A stretch of 64,000 nt of DNA from Candidatus Heimdallarchaeota archaeon (GCA_018238155.1 JABCTZ010000036.1:128001-192000); one strand, 5' to 3'. Counted from the first letter of the stretch, positions 49,236 through 60,295 are shown. Notes: generated from the letters alone by a model not told the origin. A program made the numbers and translations.

Positions 49236-49471
49236 TTCTTATCACTATTTTTTTTTCTTAACACAAGTACTTGATTAGCATTCTTTACAACTATGGATGT
49301 TTACATTATAATATATTCTCATTCAGTTACCAAATTTAAAGCCAAAAATATCCTTTCCCAAGAACAAAATATTAATTAAATCTAATCATTTCAAAGTAGA
49401 AAAAAGAATCTTAAGTAAGTAAAAAGAACAAATTGCTCAACGTGTTAAATGAATTTTGGGTGATATTTTTT

Positions 49472-51595
49472 ATGTTTACTAATAAGAGTCCTTTATTCAG
49501 AAATATTCTACTATTTTCTGTATTGTTTACATTATTGATTCCTTCAGTATATACTGGGGAAGCTCTCAGTACAAATCATTATTCAAATATTTCAACTAGT
49601 GAAATATCAATTAGTCCTTATCCTTCTCAATCGAAAGAAGATGATTTATTCACTGATGAATTACAAGAATCCAGTGATTTAATTTCTACAGCTTCTAGAA
49701 AGAAATGGACCATAATGACGTACATGGATGGGGATAATAATCTTGAAGGGGCAGCAATAGATGATATTGATGAAATGGAACTTGGAGGAGGGTCAACTGA
49801 TGATATTAACGTCATAGTTCAGATAGATCGCATTGGTGGTTTTGATACCTCAAATGGCGATTGGACAGGCGCAAAAATTTACAATATCGTTGATGATGTT
49901 ACAAGAGATATTGATTCATCACAATTAGTTGATTTGGGTGAGGTGGCTATGGATGACCCTGCAACTCTTCAAAATTTCATTGAATATTGTTTTGTTAATT
50001 TTCCTGCTGATTATTATTGTTTGAATCTTTGGGATCATGGAGCGGGTATTTTTGGAGCCTGTTTTGATGATACTTCCGTAGGAGGTGGAGGATTAACAAT
50101 AAATGAGATTCAAACAGCTATTGTTGCCGCAACAACTTCTTATTCAGAATATATTGATATTGTTTCATTTGATTGCTGTCTTATGACTGTCCTAGAGCTC
50201 GCCTACGAACTACGAGATGTATGTGATTATTTAGTTGCTTCTGAAGATCTAATACCCTGGGATGGATATGATTATGAGCCTCTGATATCAAAATTAATTT
50301 CAGATCCAGATATGACTCCAGAAGATTTCTGTAAAATGGTTGTTAAACAATACGGTGTTCAATATATCTCAGAAGAAGCAACTTGCTTATCTGCAATTGA
50401 TCTCTCCAAAATAGGTCCGATAATGACCCATCTCAATGATTTGGCAACAAATTTATCCTTTGGATTACAAAATTATAATTACAAGTATCAACTTTACCAA
50501 GTAAGGAGTGCTTGCCGGGCATTTTCCGGTGGTTCTTTAGTTGATATTGTTGACTTTTGTTTAAAAATCAATAATATCATAATTAATAAAAAAATAGAAA
50601 CTGTAACTTCTGCTTTGAAAGAAGCCGTAGAAGATGCTGTTTTATCTAACTGGCAACACTCAAGTTATTCTGGCAGTGCACATGGCTTGACAATTTTCTA
50701 TCCAATAACAGATTATCAATTGCCTGAGAATGTAATGTATAATTATGCAAATAGAACATCTATTTTCACAGGTATGGATTTTCAACAAGATAATTCTTGG
50801 GGCGAATTCATTCGTTTGTGTTATGATATCTATTCTCTCATTCCTCCTGAATTTCCTGATTTCATTAATTTAGATACATCAATACAAAATACTATTACAG
50901 AAAATTACATTGATAGTTACTTGCTCTCTATTCAAAAGGGGACAGTATACGAATTGAGCTGTACTGTTGAATCTGGTGATGTTGATATCTATCTCTCAAA
51001 ACCAACCGCTAATGGTCATTCAATTATCAGTGGAAGTTCATTGATAAATCCTGATGACGGTTCAATAGAACTCTGTAGAAATTATCTTCAAGCAGCAATG
51101 TATACGGTTATTGTATTTGGCGTTGCACAAAATTCACAATATTCTTTTGATATTAATACCTATACAATACCTACTTTAGATGTCAAAGATCAGCAAAATA
51201 CGACAGGTGGATCGGTGTATGGTGAAGATGAACATTTCATTCAAGACCTCCATCATTATTACACTGTTGAATTAAAGAAAGATATTTACAATATTATTCT
51301 CAATAATTCTGCTACAACGAATTACATGATCAATATTTATTCACTCGATTGGGAACTCTTAGACAATCTTTCACCTGCTGGTTATGGAAATGGTTTACAC
51401 CTACTTTTCAACTGCTCAGAAAAAATAACTATTATTATTGAAGTCTTTGCTTACGAAGGAGTAGGAAGTTTTGAACTTGTTGTTCTCAGCACTAAAGGAT
51501 TAGGTTTCTCTCTGGTAACAGCATTGCTCCTATCAATAACTGCAATATTTACAATAAGCTACATTCGATATGACAAAAAACGAAAAAGAAATTAG
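49472..51595 (+). CDS. Clostripain-family (C11) cysteine peptidase, secreted, with PPC-like domains and C-terminal sorting tail
   Basis: WTIMTYMDGDNNLE, WDHGAG (His), FDCCLM (Cys), ASED; GDVDIY PPC motif; GFS..TM..KKRKRN. Confidence 0.9.
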   Translation: MFTNKSPLFRNILLFSVLFTLLIPSVYTGEALSTNHYSNISTSEISISPYPSQSKEDDLFTDELQESSDLISTASRKKWTIMTYMDGDNNLEGAAIDDIDEMELGGGSTDDINVIVQIDRIGGFDTSNGDWTGAKIYNIVDDVTRDIDSSQLVDLGEVAMDDPATLQNFIEYCFVNFPADYYCLNLWDHGAGIFGACFDDTSVGGGGLTINEIQTAIVAATTSYSEYIDIVSFDCCLMTVLELAYELRDVCDYLVASEDLIPWDGYDYEPLISKLISDPDMTPEDFCKMVVKQYGVQYISEEATCLSAIDLSKIGPIMTHLNDLATNLSFGLQNYNYKYQLYQVRSACRAFSGGSLVDIVDFCLKINNIIINKKIETVTSALKEAVEDAVLSNWQHSSYSGSAHGLTIFYPITDYQLPENVMYNYANRTSIFTGMDFQQDNSWGEFIRLCYDIYSLIPPEFPDFINLDTSIQNTITENYIDSYLLSIQKGTVYELSCTVESGDVDIYLSKPTANGHSIISGSSLINPDDGSIELCRNYLQAAMYTVIVFGVAQNSQYSFDINTYTIPTLDVKDQQNTTGGSVYGEDEHFIQDLHHYYTVELKKDIYNIILNNSATTNYMINIYSLDWELLDNLSPAGYGNGLHLLFNCSEKITIIIEVFAYEGVGSFELVVLSTKGLGFSLVTALLLSITAIFTISYIRYDKKRKRN

Positions 51596-51607
51596 TGAAT
51601 AAGAATT

Positions 51608-51647
51608 GAACCCCTCATTTTGAGTGGGTTTCATCCTTACTTTTTTT
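51608..51647 (+). terminator. Hairpin plus T-tract
   Basis: GAACCC-CTCA-ttt-TGAG-t-GGGTTT, then T7. Confidence 0.5.
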
Positions 51648-51704
51648 AATAGAATAGATCTTTTTAATTCTCAACAACATTACTTGTAGAAAAGAAATTT
51701 TGCT

Positions 51705-52445
51705 GTGGTTAATATGACTATAAAAATTGTTTTAATTGAACCTCAAGTTGAAGGTAACATTGGTGCCACTGCTCGTGTTATGAAAAATTTTGGTTTCAAT
51801 GATTTAATTTTAATCAACCCACAAGTGGAAATAAAGGGTGATGTTTTTCGTTTTGCGATGAAAGCCGAAGGAATAATTGATAAGATAGAAATTTATGATT
51901 CACTTGAAGAATATTTACCAAAGGTGTCTTATGTGGTTGGTACCACCGCACGGATTACATCTGATAAAGGGTCAACAAATGCAAGAATAGCGGTCAGTTC
52001 TGATGATCCATCACTTGTAAATATATTAACTTTCAAAGATGACATCGCCATTTTGTTTGGTAGAGAAGATAGTGGTCTAACAAATTCCGAAATCAATTGT
52101 TGTGATATGACAATTCATATACCAACCTCAGAAGAATATTTAGCATTAAATCTTTCACAAGCAGTAGCTATTATTCTATATTCACTGAACTCTCTCAAAG
52201 ATAATCGGGAGAAATTCCAGTATAGGGAAGCCTCAATAGAACATAAAGAAAAATTGCTTTTTTGGTTTGAGAAAAATGTTTCTGTTCTAAACTTCAAAGA
52301 TTTTAAGAAACGACTTTTAGTAAGGCGTTTTCGAAATATCATTGGCAGAGCTTTTGTCTCAGGAAAAGAAGCAACTTCACTAGTTGCGGTATTTAGCCGC
52401 TCTTTTAAGCGCATAGTAGAATACAATGAACTAAATAAGGAATAA
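51705..52445 (+). CDS. trmJ: tRNA (C32/U32) 2'-O-methyltransferase, SPOUT TrmJ family
   Basis: VLIEPQVEGNIGATARVMKNFG, VGTTAR, LFGREDSGLTNSE, LNLSQAV. Confidence 0.88.
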   Translation: MVNMTIKIVLIEPQVEGNIGATARVMKNFGFNDLILINPQVEIKGDVFRFAMKAEGIIDKIEIYDSLEEYLPKVSYVVGTTARITSDKGSTNARIAVSSDDPSLVNILTFKDDIAILFGREDSGLTNSEINCCDMTIHIPTSEEYLALNLSQAVAIILYSLNSLKDNREKFQYREASIEHKEKLLFWFEKNVSVLNFKDFKKRLLVRRFRNIIGRAFVSGKEATSLVAVFSRSFKRIVEYNELNKE

Positions 52446-52529
52446 ATGAATAAAATATTTTGTCTAATGGTTTGCTTTCTATTAATAAAAAGATTATTAA
52501 TATCACTAATAGAATATCATTCGGTACTA

Positions 52530-52832
52530 ATGACTTTTTCAATTGTTGCTTTCGATATTTTGAATAAGGAATGGGGAGTTGCAGTTCAATCAAAATTTGT
52601 TGCTGTGAGTACTGTCATTCCTTTTGCAAAAGCTAATATTGTTGCTTTTGCATCACAAGCTTATTGTAATACATCTTTTAGACCAAAGGACTTAACTCTT
52701 TTAGAGCTGTTTTTTACAGCTCAAGAGATTATTGATCCTCTTCTAAAAAACGGCGAATTTTTGTGTAGTATATCATTATATTCAGCTGCAGCAGAAACAA
52801 CAACTAGAAAAATAGACAACATACAGTATTGA
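52530..52832 (+). pseudogene. Truncated, degenerate DUF1028 (Ntn-hydrolase-like) gene
   Basis: MTFSIVA..WGVAVQSKFVAV..IPFAKA N-terminus; conserved glycines lost and similarity ends after about 70 aa. Confidence 0.65.
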
Positions 52833-52838
52833 TGAAAA

Positions 52839-54152
52839 ATGGACGTTCAATTATCAACTGCTAAAATTCTCTTTTCTGAGAAGGATATTGGAATAGTTTT
52901 TCGCTACTCTCGAGCAAATATCTATTCCTATCATGCATTGATTGGTTCTCTCGAGATACATCCACAGCTTACAAACATTCCTATCTTTATACCAACTCCG
53001 GTTAATTTTCTAGCAGAAGTAGATCGTTTGTTATCGATTGAAAGATATAAAAAACTAGTTGTTTGTTTATCCCTACACACTTTCCAACTAGATGAGAATA
53101 TTAGCGTTATTCATGCATTAAATCTGCATCCATATAGAGATAAGATATCAATAGTTGTTGGTGGTCCTCATCCAAGTGCTAAACCTAAAGATTTACTTAG
53201 CAAAGGTGCTAATATCGCTGTTTTAGGAGAGGGTGAGAAAACCTTTCCAGAGGTTATTACCAAAATAATTAATGAAACATCCTTTTCTTCTCAGAAAGGA
53301 ATTGCTTTTCTAAACGATCAAGATGAACTAATCATTCAACCTCCAAATGATCTTATAAATCTTGATGATTTTCCACCCTTTGCTCCGGACCATGAATTTT
53401 ATTCTGCTCTCGAGATAACCAGAGGGTGCAGATTCCTTTGCAAGTATTGCCAAACTCCATCACTTCTTGGAAATAAAGTTCGATATAGATCACCTCAAGT
53501 AATAATCAAATGGGGTAAATTTCTTTTATCTAAAAGAGATAATTGGGATTTTAGATTTATCTCTCCAAATGCATTTGGTTATGGCTCAAAAAGAGCGTCC
53601 ATGCCGAATATTTCTATGATAGACGAATTGTTATCAGGATTAAAAGATCTCAAAGCTAAAAAGAGAAAGAGAATATTTTTCGGCACATTTCCTTCTGAAG
53701 TTCGACCAGAATCTGTCACGGAAGATACTTTGAATCTTACAAAAAAATATTGTGATAATGATAATCTCACTTTAGGTGCTCAAACCGGGAGCCCTCGGAT
53801 AATGAAATTAATTCGAAGAGGTCATTCAATTGAGCGTGTAGTTGAGGCTGTTGATTTAGCAACTAGTTTCGGCTTTAGAATAAACGTTGACTTCATTATT
53901 GGTTTTCCTGAAGAAACCGAAGAAGATCAACATTTGACTTTAGATTTGTGCAAGAAATTGATTGCTAAAGGATGTAAAGTGCATATGCATTATTTGATTC
54001 CTCTTCCCGGAACAGATTATGCTAAAGCAACACCAACACCAATTGCTCCTGACATATTGAAAATTTTAAGAAAGTGGTCTAATGATGGAACAATTTTTGG
54101 TTCATGGCAACATCAATATGACCTTATTACTAGAAACATTAGAAGAAAATAG
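52839..54152 (+). CDS. B12-binding domain / radical SAM protein (TIGR04013-like)
   Basis: VGGPHPS, GEGE, EITRGCRFLCKYCQTP, TFPSEVRPE, VDFIIGFPEE. Confidence 0.88.
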   Translation: MDVQLSTAKILFSEKDIGIVFRYSRANIYSYHALIGSLEIHPQLTNIPIFIPTPVNFLAEVDRLLSIERYKKLVVCLSLHTFQLDENISVIHALNLHPYRDKISIVVGGPHPSAKPKDLLSKGANIAVLGEGEKTFPEVITKIINETSFSSQKGIAFLNDQDELIIQPPNDLINLDDFPPFAPDHEFYSALEITRGCRFLCKYCQTPSLLGNKVRYRSPQVIIKWGKFLLSKRDNWDFRFISPNAFGYGSKRASMPNISMIDELLSGLKDLKAKKRKRIFFGTFPSEVRPESVTEDTLNLTKKYCDNDNLTLGAQTGSPRIMKLIRRGHSIERVVEAVDLATSFGFRINVDFIIGFPEETEEDQHLTLDLCKKLIAKGCKVHMHYLIPLPGTDYAKATPTPIAPDILKILRKWSNDGTIFGSWQHQYDLITRNIRRK

Positions 54153-54166
54153 TGACTTAATAGAAA

Positions 54167-54520
54167 TTACTTTTCTACTGGTTCTTCTTCATCAATATAG
54201 ATTGTTCTGCGGATAACAACCTCAGATTCACTCCAGGTGTCGCGAACCTTTCTATCGTACTCCTTTTTGCGATATTTCTTATCAGAAAGTAATTGTAAGT
54301 ACACTTCTTTTCCTTCCCCCGAAAGAGCATACATCCCTCCGGCATGACAAGTAACGATTTTATAATTTCTAAACTCTCGAATAATTGAATTTATAGTTAA
54401 TGGGCTTAATTTAGTGATATCCACTAGCTCAGGTTTATTGCTTATTTCCTTATCTCCAAGAGCTCGAATGATATCGCGTCGCGCTTGAGAACGAAGCGGG
54501 TCTTTCTTAAATTCTGTCAT
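54167..54520 (-). CDS. Winged-helix protein
   Basis: RRDIIRAL..KPELVDITKLSPLTINSIIREF..YALSGEG; ATG 54520 follows a TAGGAG SD. Confidence 0.6.
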   Translation of the reverse strand: MTEFKKDPLRSQARRDIIRALGDKEISNKPELVDITKLSPLTINSIIREFRNYKIVTCHAGGMYALSGEGKEVYLQLLSDKKYRKKEYDRKVRDTWSESEVVIRRTIYIDEEEPVEK

Positions 54521-54612
54521 TTTACCACAAGTTCTCCTAAATGGGGAGGTAGGTACCTCTCTCATTTTTATCTATTTAAACTTCTTTCTATTTGCAATAA
54601 TAAAACAAAAAT

Positions 54613-56937
54613 CTATTTCTTTTTAATGTTGAATTCTGTATTATGTTTCTTTGGACAAGTAGCTATAACAATGAGCTTGCTTTTGGTGTAAAGGTCAATC
54701 ATAGTTGGATTAAGGGTTTCTGACTTGCATTTAGAACATTTTAATTCTAGAATTTCCTCTTCAGGTTTGTCTGAATCATCTGCAAAACCAATGATATTAT
54801 CTTCATGACCATTTTTGCACTTGACTTTTAGAACATCAAATCCGAGCATATCATTATAAGATTCTTTTTGCGAAACAATAGGTCCTCCACAAATTTTGCA
54901 TTTTAGTTCAGGTTTTTCTTCTTCCTTTTGTTCTATAACAGATTCCAATGAAATATTCGCAATAAACTCATCATGTTTTAGACCAAAGTTTTCTAATGTC
55001 ATATTTTCTCCAATGGTCATTTTGGAATCATCTTTCATTATTAAGGCAATTTCAACTGAATGTTCACTGATTACTGCATCAACAAGTTTTGAATATTCAC
55101 TAATAGCTTGCTCTAATCTTTTTGTAATTTGAACGAGATTTAATTTGCTTGAAATTGCTTCCTTACTAATGCTCTTCAGCAAAGTTTGCAATGTTTTTAA
55201 AGCAGAAGAATTCACAGGAAACTTCTTCAGCCCTTTTGCAAATTCATTAATTGCTTCTCCAGTATCCTTGGCGAGATTCTTAGCAAATTTCTCTAAATCA
55301 GACATAGCTTTATTTACTTGCTTAATTGTTGGTTTGTAAGATGGGCGTCGGTATCTCTTAATTTTTCCTTCAAGATTTGGATTGATACTAATACCCAAAC
55401 CTTCTGAATATTTCTCTTCAAATTTGGCAATAACTTTCGCTGCTTCTGCTAGGGATGATTTCAATAATTCTTCTATTTTCTTTAAAGGAACGTGATCATC
55501 TAAATCAACTTTTGAAATTTTTATTAAACCACTATTAGCAGGTATCGCAATAGATTCCCCTTCACCCAGAAATTTGTTGATATTCTTAATTTTCTTAATG
55601 TGTTTTTCTTGTGTATCATATATATCTACAGCAATTTCTTTCAAAAGTAAATTGAGTGTTTTCTTATAATCAAGTAAATTTGGAATCGTTTCTATTGCTT
55701 CAGTTAAATTGTTTGGGTCCATAGCATTTTCTTTAGTTTCTTTAATTACATCCAACAATTTTTTGGTATCTTTACTCAATGCTACTTGTTTTGTATAGCT
55801 TTCCAGTTTTTCCTCAATTTTTCCAAAAGTACCTTCATAAGCTGCTTTTGCCATTTTAGTTGCTTCTGTGAGAATCTTTTCATCGTGGATCAATTTTTCG
55901 TGTGGATCTTCAGCTACAACATCAATTGTTCTTACTAAGAATTTAGTTGCTGAAATGATTTTTTCAGATGCTTCTTTCATTTTATTAAAGGATGTACTGT
56001 CCATCTCTAGTTCCAATTTATATAAGCTCTCAATTTGAGAAAATAACTCTGAAGTATCGGTTTCAAGTTCTGTTTTTATTTGTTGAATATAGGATTGCCT
56101 CGTATCACTTAAACGATGATCAATTTTTCGAATGAATTTCTGTGCGTCCTTGAATACTTTGAAACCCTTCGTTGGCCAAGTTTCAACAATTTCGTCAACT
56201 TTAGCACAATTTTCTTTGATAAATGCATCAAAAGCAGGACTTTCTCTATAATTGTTCAATTTTATTTGATATCGTTCATAAACATCTTCAAAGGCTCGAG
56301 AGTGAGCTTTGAAATCCCTTATGAGGTAGTTTTGAGCTTTTTCAATAATTTCATGATAGGTTTCACGAAATGCTTGAACATAAACTACTTTTTCATCTCT
56401 ATTCATCAAACTTCTCTTGATCTTTAAATGTGACTTGATTTCTTCTTCCAAAAGATCTATTTGATGTTTAATATCTAGAATTTCTTTTTCAATTTTGACT
56501 ATTGGAAATCCAAGTTTAAGTTTAATATCAATAAGCATTGCTTCAACAGATTCGTTTATTGTTCGTAAAATGTCAGGTATGTAACAGAGTACATCCATTG
56601 CATTTTTACCAATTTCATCGGTGTTTTTAGGTAATACACCAATGAACGAACGATCAATCCTCTTATTTTGCATTTTTATTTGTTGAGTTTCTTCTAAGAA
56701 CTTTAGATTTTCTTTAGAAATTGTGGCAAATTTTTCTATCTTTTCCCATGATTGGTTTTTCTTCTCTTTTTTCAATTCAGAAATAAAATGGATTAAAGCT
56801 GGAAACCTTTCTCCTTCAAAGGTATCCTTATCTCCCTGAGTCATAGCCGAAAAACGATCTAATTCACGTACAATTTCATCCAATTCGCTTAGAATTGTAT
56901 TCCAATCATCTTTCTCAATATTTTGTGGTTTTGACAT
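54613..56937 (-). CDS. Large helical/coiled-coil protein with two C-terminal zinc ribbons
   Basis: About 670 aa of E/K-rich helical region; CKIC..CKNGH and CSKC..CPKKH. Confidence 0.75.
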   Translation of the reverse strand: MSKPQNIEKDDWNTILSELDEIVRELDRFSAMTQGDKDTFEGERFPALIHFISELKKEKKNQSWEKIEKFATISKENLKFLEETQQIKMQNKRIDRSFIGVLPKNTDEIGKNAMDVLCYIPDILRTINESVEAMLIDIKLKLGFPIVKIEKEILDIKHQIDLLEEEIKSHLKIKRSLMNRDEKVVYVQAFRETYHEIIEKAQNYLIRDFKAHSRAFEDVYERYQIKLNNYRESPAFDAFIKENCAKVDEIVETWPTKGFKVFKDAQKFIRKIDHRLSDTRQSYIQQIKTELETDTSELFSQIESLYKLELEMDSTSFNKMKEASEKIISATKFLVRTIDVVAEDPHEKLIHDEKILTEATKMAKAAYEGTFGKIEEKLESYTKQVALSKDTKKLLDVIKETKENAMDPNNLTEAIETIPNLLDYKKTLNLLLKEIAVDIYDTQEKHIKKIKNINKFLGEGESIAIPANSGLIKISKVDLDDHVPLKKIEELLKSSLAEAAKVIAKFEEKYSEGLGISINPNLEGKIKRYRRPSYKPTIKQVNKAMSDLEKFAKNLAKDTGEAINEFAKGLKKFPVNSSALKTLQTLLKSISKEAISSKLNLVQITKRLEQAISEYSKLVDAVISEHSVEIALIMKDDSKMTIGENMTLENFGLKHDEFIANISLESVIEQKEEEKPELKCKICGGPIVSQKESYNDMLGFDVLKVKCKNGHEDNIIGFADDSDKPEEEILELKCSKCKSETLNPTMIDLYTKSKLIVIATCPKKHNTEFNIKKK

Positions 56938-57356
56938 TTGCTGACCTCTAGTGCTTAATTAAAATAAGGCTATTTTTCTTTATTAAATCATCATTCTCAG
57001 ATAGATAGCTCTCATTTTAGGGAATACCACTTTTATTTTTAAAAGTATGCCTAATAAGGCAACGTATTTTTTTATAACGTTGTAGAATATAATTACAAAA
57101 AAATCGATACTTAATATCTTACTCGACCAAAAGTGTTCATTGGTCATTTTCATCTAAACATGAAATCTTCCATCATATTTAATTTACTACACAAAAATCT
57201 TCTCTAAAATATTTAAAAGTAGTACAAGTGCAAGAATTAGCATTATTTTACCTATGGTGAAAAAGATTCCAAAACACAAGAAAAGATTAAAAAGCTATTG
57301 TGAACCTTTAAAGTTAAAGAAAGTCAAAAATAGATTTGTAGTGCAGGTAGGTATTA

Positions 57357-59516
57357 TTGTCGCAAGTGAAAACATTCTTTAGCCGAGTCTGGAATTCCAT
57401 TGACTCACGATTCAGCAGACCGCAAGTGAAAAGAGAACATCTATTAATTTATGCAAGTTTAGCTCTAATTCTCATCGGTGCCTTCTTACTTAGAATCTTA
57501 CCCTATTTTGAGACTGAAATGCTCTTAAAAGGATTAGATCCCTGGGTTCAATATCGATGCGCACTCTTCCTGAATGAAAACGGTATGGCTGCTTTTCTCA
57601 ATTGGTATGATCAAAGTACATGGTATCCATTTGGACGATACATGGGACAGTCAATGTATGTTATAATTCCAATGACTGCAGTATTTGTTTACAAAACTGC
57701 TCTCTTTCTAGGAATAAATATAACCATGCTTTCTGCCTGCTATTTCACACCAGCAATCTTCGGTACAATTACTATTTTTGTAATTTACAAATTAGGTACA
57801 GTTCTACATTCAAAAAGAACTGGGTTATTCTCAGCATTCTTTCTCTCAATGGCGATAGGCTTTATGAGTAGGTCTATTGTAGGATTCTTTGACAATGAGT
57901 GTGTTGGTATTTTACTTATGTTCCTAACATTTTACTTCTTTGTTAAAGGACTAACTAAGGACAGTATGATGAACAATATTTTTGCAGGAATTTGTCTTGG
58001 TTTATTGACTTTAAGCTGGGGTGCATTTAGATATGCATATGGTTTTCTAGCACTTTACGCATTAGTCATGATTCTACTCAAAAAATATTCCAGAAGATTA
58101 TTGGCTACTTTTTCAGTAACGATATTACTTGGAATAACTATTGGTGCAATGATACCAAGAACAAATATTGCTTTCGCGCTTTCCACTGAACAATTAATTC
58201 CTATTATTATGATTATTGGTATGATGTTAATTACCGTCTATCAAGAATTGAAGAAAAGTATCTCTGTAGAGCGGCTTAAGAAGATAGCTCAATATGTTAC
58301 TCTTGGAGTAGTAGGTGCAGGTATGATAACCATAATAGTACTTTACTTTACTGGAGATATTGACCCAATTGCAGACAAATTCTTAAGGACATTGTTGCCG
58401 ACCCTAGCAGAATCATTGCCACTCATTGAATCCGTTGCAGAAAATCACACATCTGCTTGGGGAACATTATTCTTCAATATCTATATTATGACATTTCTAC
58501 TTCCAGTTGGTTTCTACTTCTGTATTAAGAAACCAAATGAGAAAACAGTATTCTTGCTTATATTGGGTCTTACTGGAATTTATTTCGGTGGTTCAATGGT
58601 AAGGTTATCTCTCATCTTAACACCCGCAGCAGCACTTGTTGCAGGATATACAATAGATGAAATTTTACGACCTTTCGCACTCATAAGCCAAGAACGATTT
58701 ACAATTTCACGAAGAAAGAGGCGTGCAACAAAACAAATTGGCAAAGATTTGATTTCTGTTGCGTATATATTCATGGCTATTGTCTTAATGATGACCTCTA
58801 TTTTTGGCATAAATATGATTAACTTATATTACGTTCAAAATCATGAATTAACGCCGTTGTTAACTAACCCGAATAGCAAGGATCAATTCTACGCACATGA
58901 TTATCAAGAGGCTTACCAATATCTTAGTGAACATATTGCACCATATAATGCCGGGGAAAAACCGCCATTAGTCATGAGTTGGTGGGATTATGGTTACCAA
59001 TTAAGGACACTAGGAAATGTAACGGTAATGGTAGATAATGCAACCATAAATTCGACGCAGATAGGTATTATCGGAGCAATGTTGATACATAATGAAACTC
59101 AATCAGCAAAACTATGTAAACAATATGGTGTTGATTATGTGTTTGTATTAAGTCCTGGAAAAATAGGTAGTACAGGCAATGACATTGCTAAATCCACTTG
59201 GATGATGCAAATATCAGAGGAACATTCTCCTGATTTCGGCATTGAGTACTCAGATTATTTCAACGAAGATCCAGAAGGCGAAGAAAAATATGGATTCACT
59301 CCAGCCTTTTACGATTCATTGATTTACAAACTCTGTGCTTACAAGTTAAATACTGATGGTTCCTATGGTGGCGACCCATCTGCCGGTGGTGTTGCAGAAT
59401 GGCGCTCAAAAATGGGTTTAGAAGGTGCTCCTGATGTCAATATATTCGATTTGACTCAATTCAACCTAGTATTCCAATCTAAGTTTGCATTAATTAGAAT
59501 CTTTGAAGTATTGTAA
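57357..59516 (+). CDS. aglB: Oligosaccharyltransferase AglB/STT3
   Basis: LDPW, WYPFGR, GFFDNE, SVAE, WWDYG, DNAT, DIAKSTWM; about 13 TMs. Confidence 0.93.
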   Translation: MSQVKTFFSRVWNSIDSRFSRPQVKREHLLIYASLALILIGAFLLRILPYFETEMLLKGLDPWVQYRCALFLNENGMAAFLNWYDQSTWYPFGRYMGQSMYVIIPMTAVFVYKTALFLGINITMLSACYFTPAIFGTITIFVIYKLGTVLHSKRTGLFSAFFLSMAIGFMSRSIVGFFDNECVGILLMFLTFYFFVKGLTKDSMMNNIFAGICLGLLTLSWGAFRYAYGFLALYALVMILLKKYSRRLLATFSVTILLGITIGAMIPRTNIAFALSTEQLIPIIMIIGMMLITVYQELKKSISVERLKKIAQYVTLGVVGAGMITIIVLYFTGDIDPIADKFLRTLLPTLAESLPLIESVAENHTSAWGTLFFNIYIMTFLLPVGFYFCIKKPNEKTVFLLILGLTGIYFGGSMVRLSLILTPAAALVAGYTIDEILRPFALISQERFTISRRKRRATKQIGKDLISVAYIFMAIVLMMTSIFGINMINLYYVQNHELTPLLTNPNSKDQFYAHDYQEAYQYLSEHIAPYNAGEKPPLVMSWWDYGYQLRTLGNVTVMVDNATINSTQIGIIGAMLIHNETQSAKLCKQYGVDYVFVLSPGKIGSTGNDIAKSTWMMQISEEHSPDFGIEYSDYFNEDPEGEEKYGFTPAFYDSLIYKLCAYKLNTDGSYGGDPSAGGVAEWRSKMGLEGAPDVNIFDLTQFNLVFQSKFALIRIFEVL

Positions 59517-59518
59517 AC

Positions 59519-59554
59519 AAAGGGTAAAAAAGCCCTTTATCTATCTTTTTTTTT
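59519..59554 (+). terminator. Hairpin plus T-tract after aglB
   Basis: AAAGGG/CCCTTT stem followed by a T-run. Confidence 0.45.
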
Positions 59555-59650
59555 ATTTTTCAAAAAAATCAATTACATGGAATGTGAATGTGTTATTTTT
59601 AAATACCAATTACTGATATTAAATGAAACGTAAAAGTATGTGTAACTGAA

Positions 59651-60295
59651 ATGATAAATCAAAGATCAGATATGAATAATAAAACCTTTTACAAAATAGC
59701 AAAGCTCGGTTTTTTTACGAGTGTTTTTACAAACATAGTGTTTCTTGTTATTCTAATTTATATACATCAATTATCATTAAATAGTGATTATCCTTGGTAT
59801 GATTTTGAATTAAGTGAGTTTGTTCTAAATGGACAACCTAGTAAGCTACTCTTTGATTTGGCAATAATAATAAATGGTTTGGGATTAGTTTGTGCGATTT
59901 ATCCATTATCCTTTTTTTTGGCAACCAAGAAAGTTAAAATCACTTATCTAATAATGGCTTCTATCGTTTCTTTCTCATTGATAGGTATAGGTATTTTTCC
60001 TGAGGATGATTATAATATAATTCACTATATTCTAGGTGTTGTTTTCTTTCTATCAGTCAGTGTGATGATTTGTTTTCTTTCAACAATATTCATCAAAAAA
60101 ATAGTCATTGTGCCATTATTTTTTTCTATTTTTGGTTATATTACTTTTGGAATATTGATCTTCCATTTAGCTACAAGGTCTTTCTTTGGAATGGCTTATA
60201 CGCAAAGATTGGCAGTAATTTTTTCATTGGCGTATTTTTTAACTCTCTCAGGTTATTTTATTTTCAAAAAAAATTCTCCTGAAAAAGCTATTTGA
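59651..60295 (+). CDS. DUF998-like membrane protein
   Basis: LSE..N, GIGIFPED..IH, QR motif; 6 TMs. Confidence 0.7.
   Translation: MINQRSDMNNKTFYKIAKLGFFTSVFTNIVFLVILIYIHQLSLNSDYPWYDFELSEFVLNGQPSKLLFDLAIIINGLGLVCAIYPLSFFLATKKVKITYLIMASIVSFSLIGIGIFPEDDYNIIHYILGVVFFLSVSVMICFLSTIFIKKIVIVPLFFSIFGYITFGILIFHLATRSFFGMAYTQRLAVIFSLAYFLTLSGYFIFKKNSPEKAI

Noticed and set aside
51705-52445. Functional cluster of trmJ with tRNA-Trp
   Set aside because: They are separated by an unrelated peptidase and a terminator; the proximity is probably chance.
54613-56937. Rad50/SMC partner for the SbcD-like gene
   Set aside because: No Walker A/B or ABC signature, the zinc motifs are terminal rather than a central hook, and it lies more than 8 kb away.
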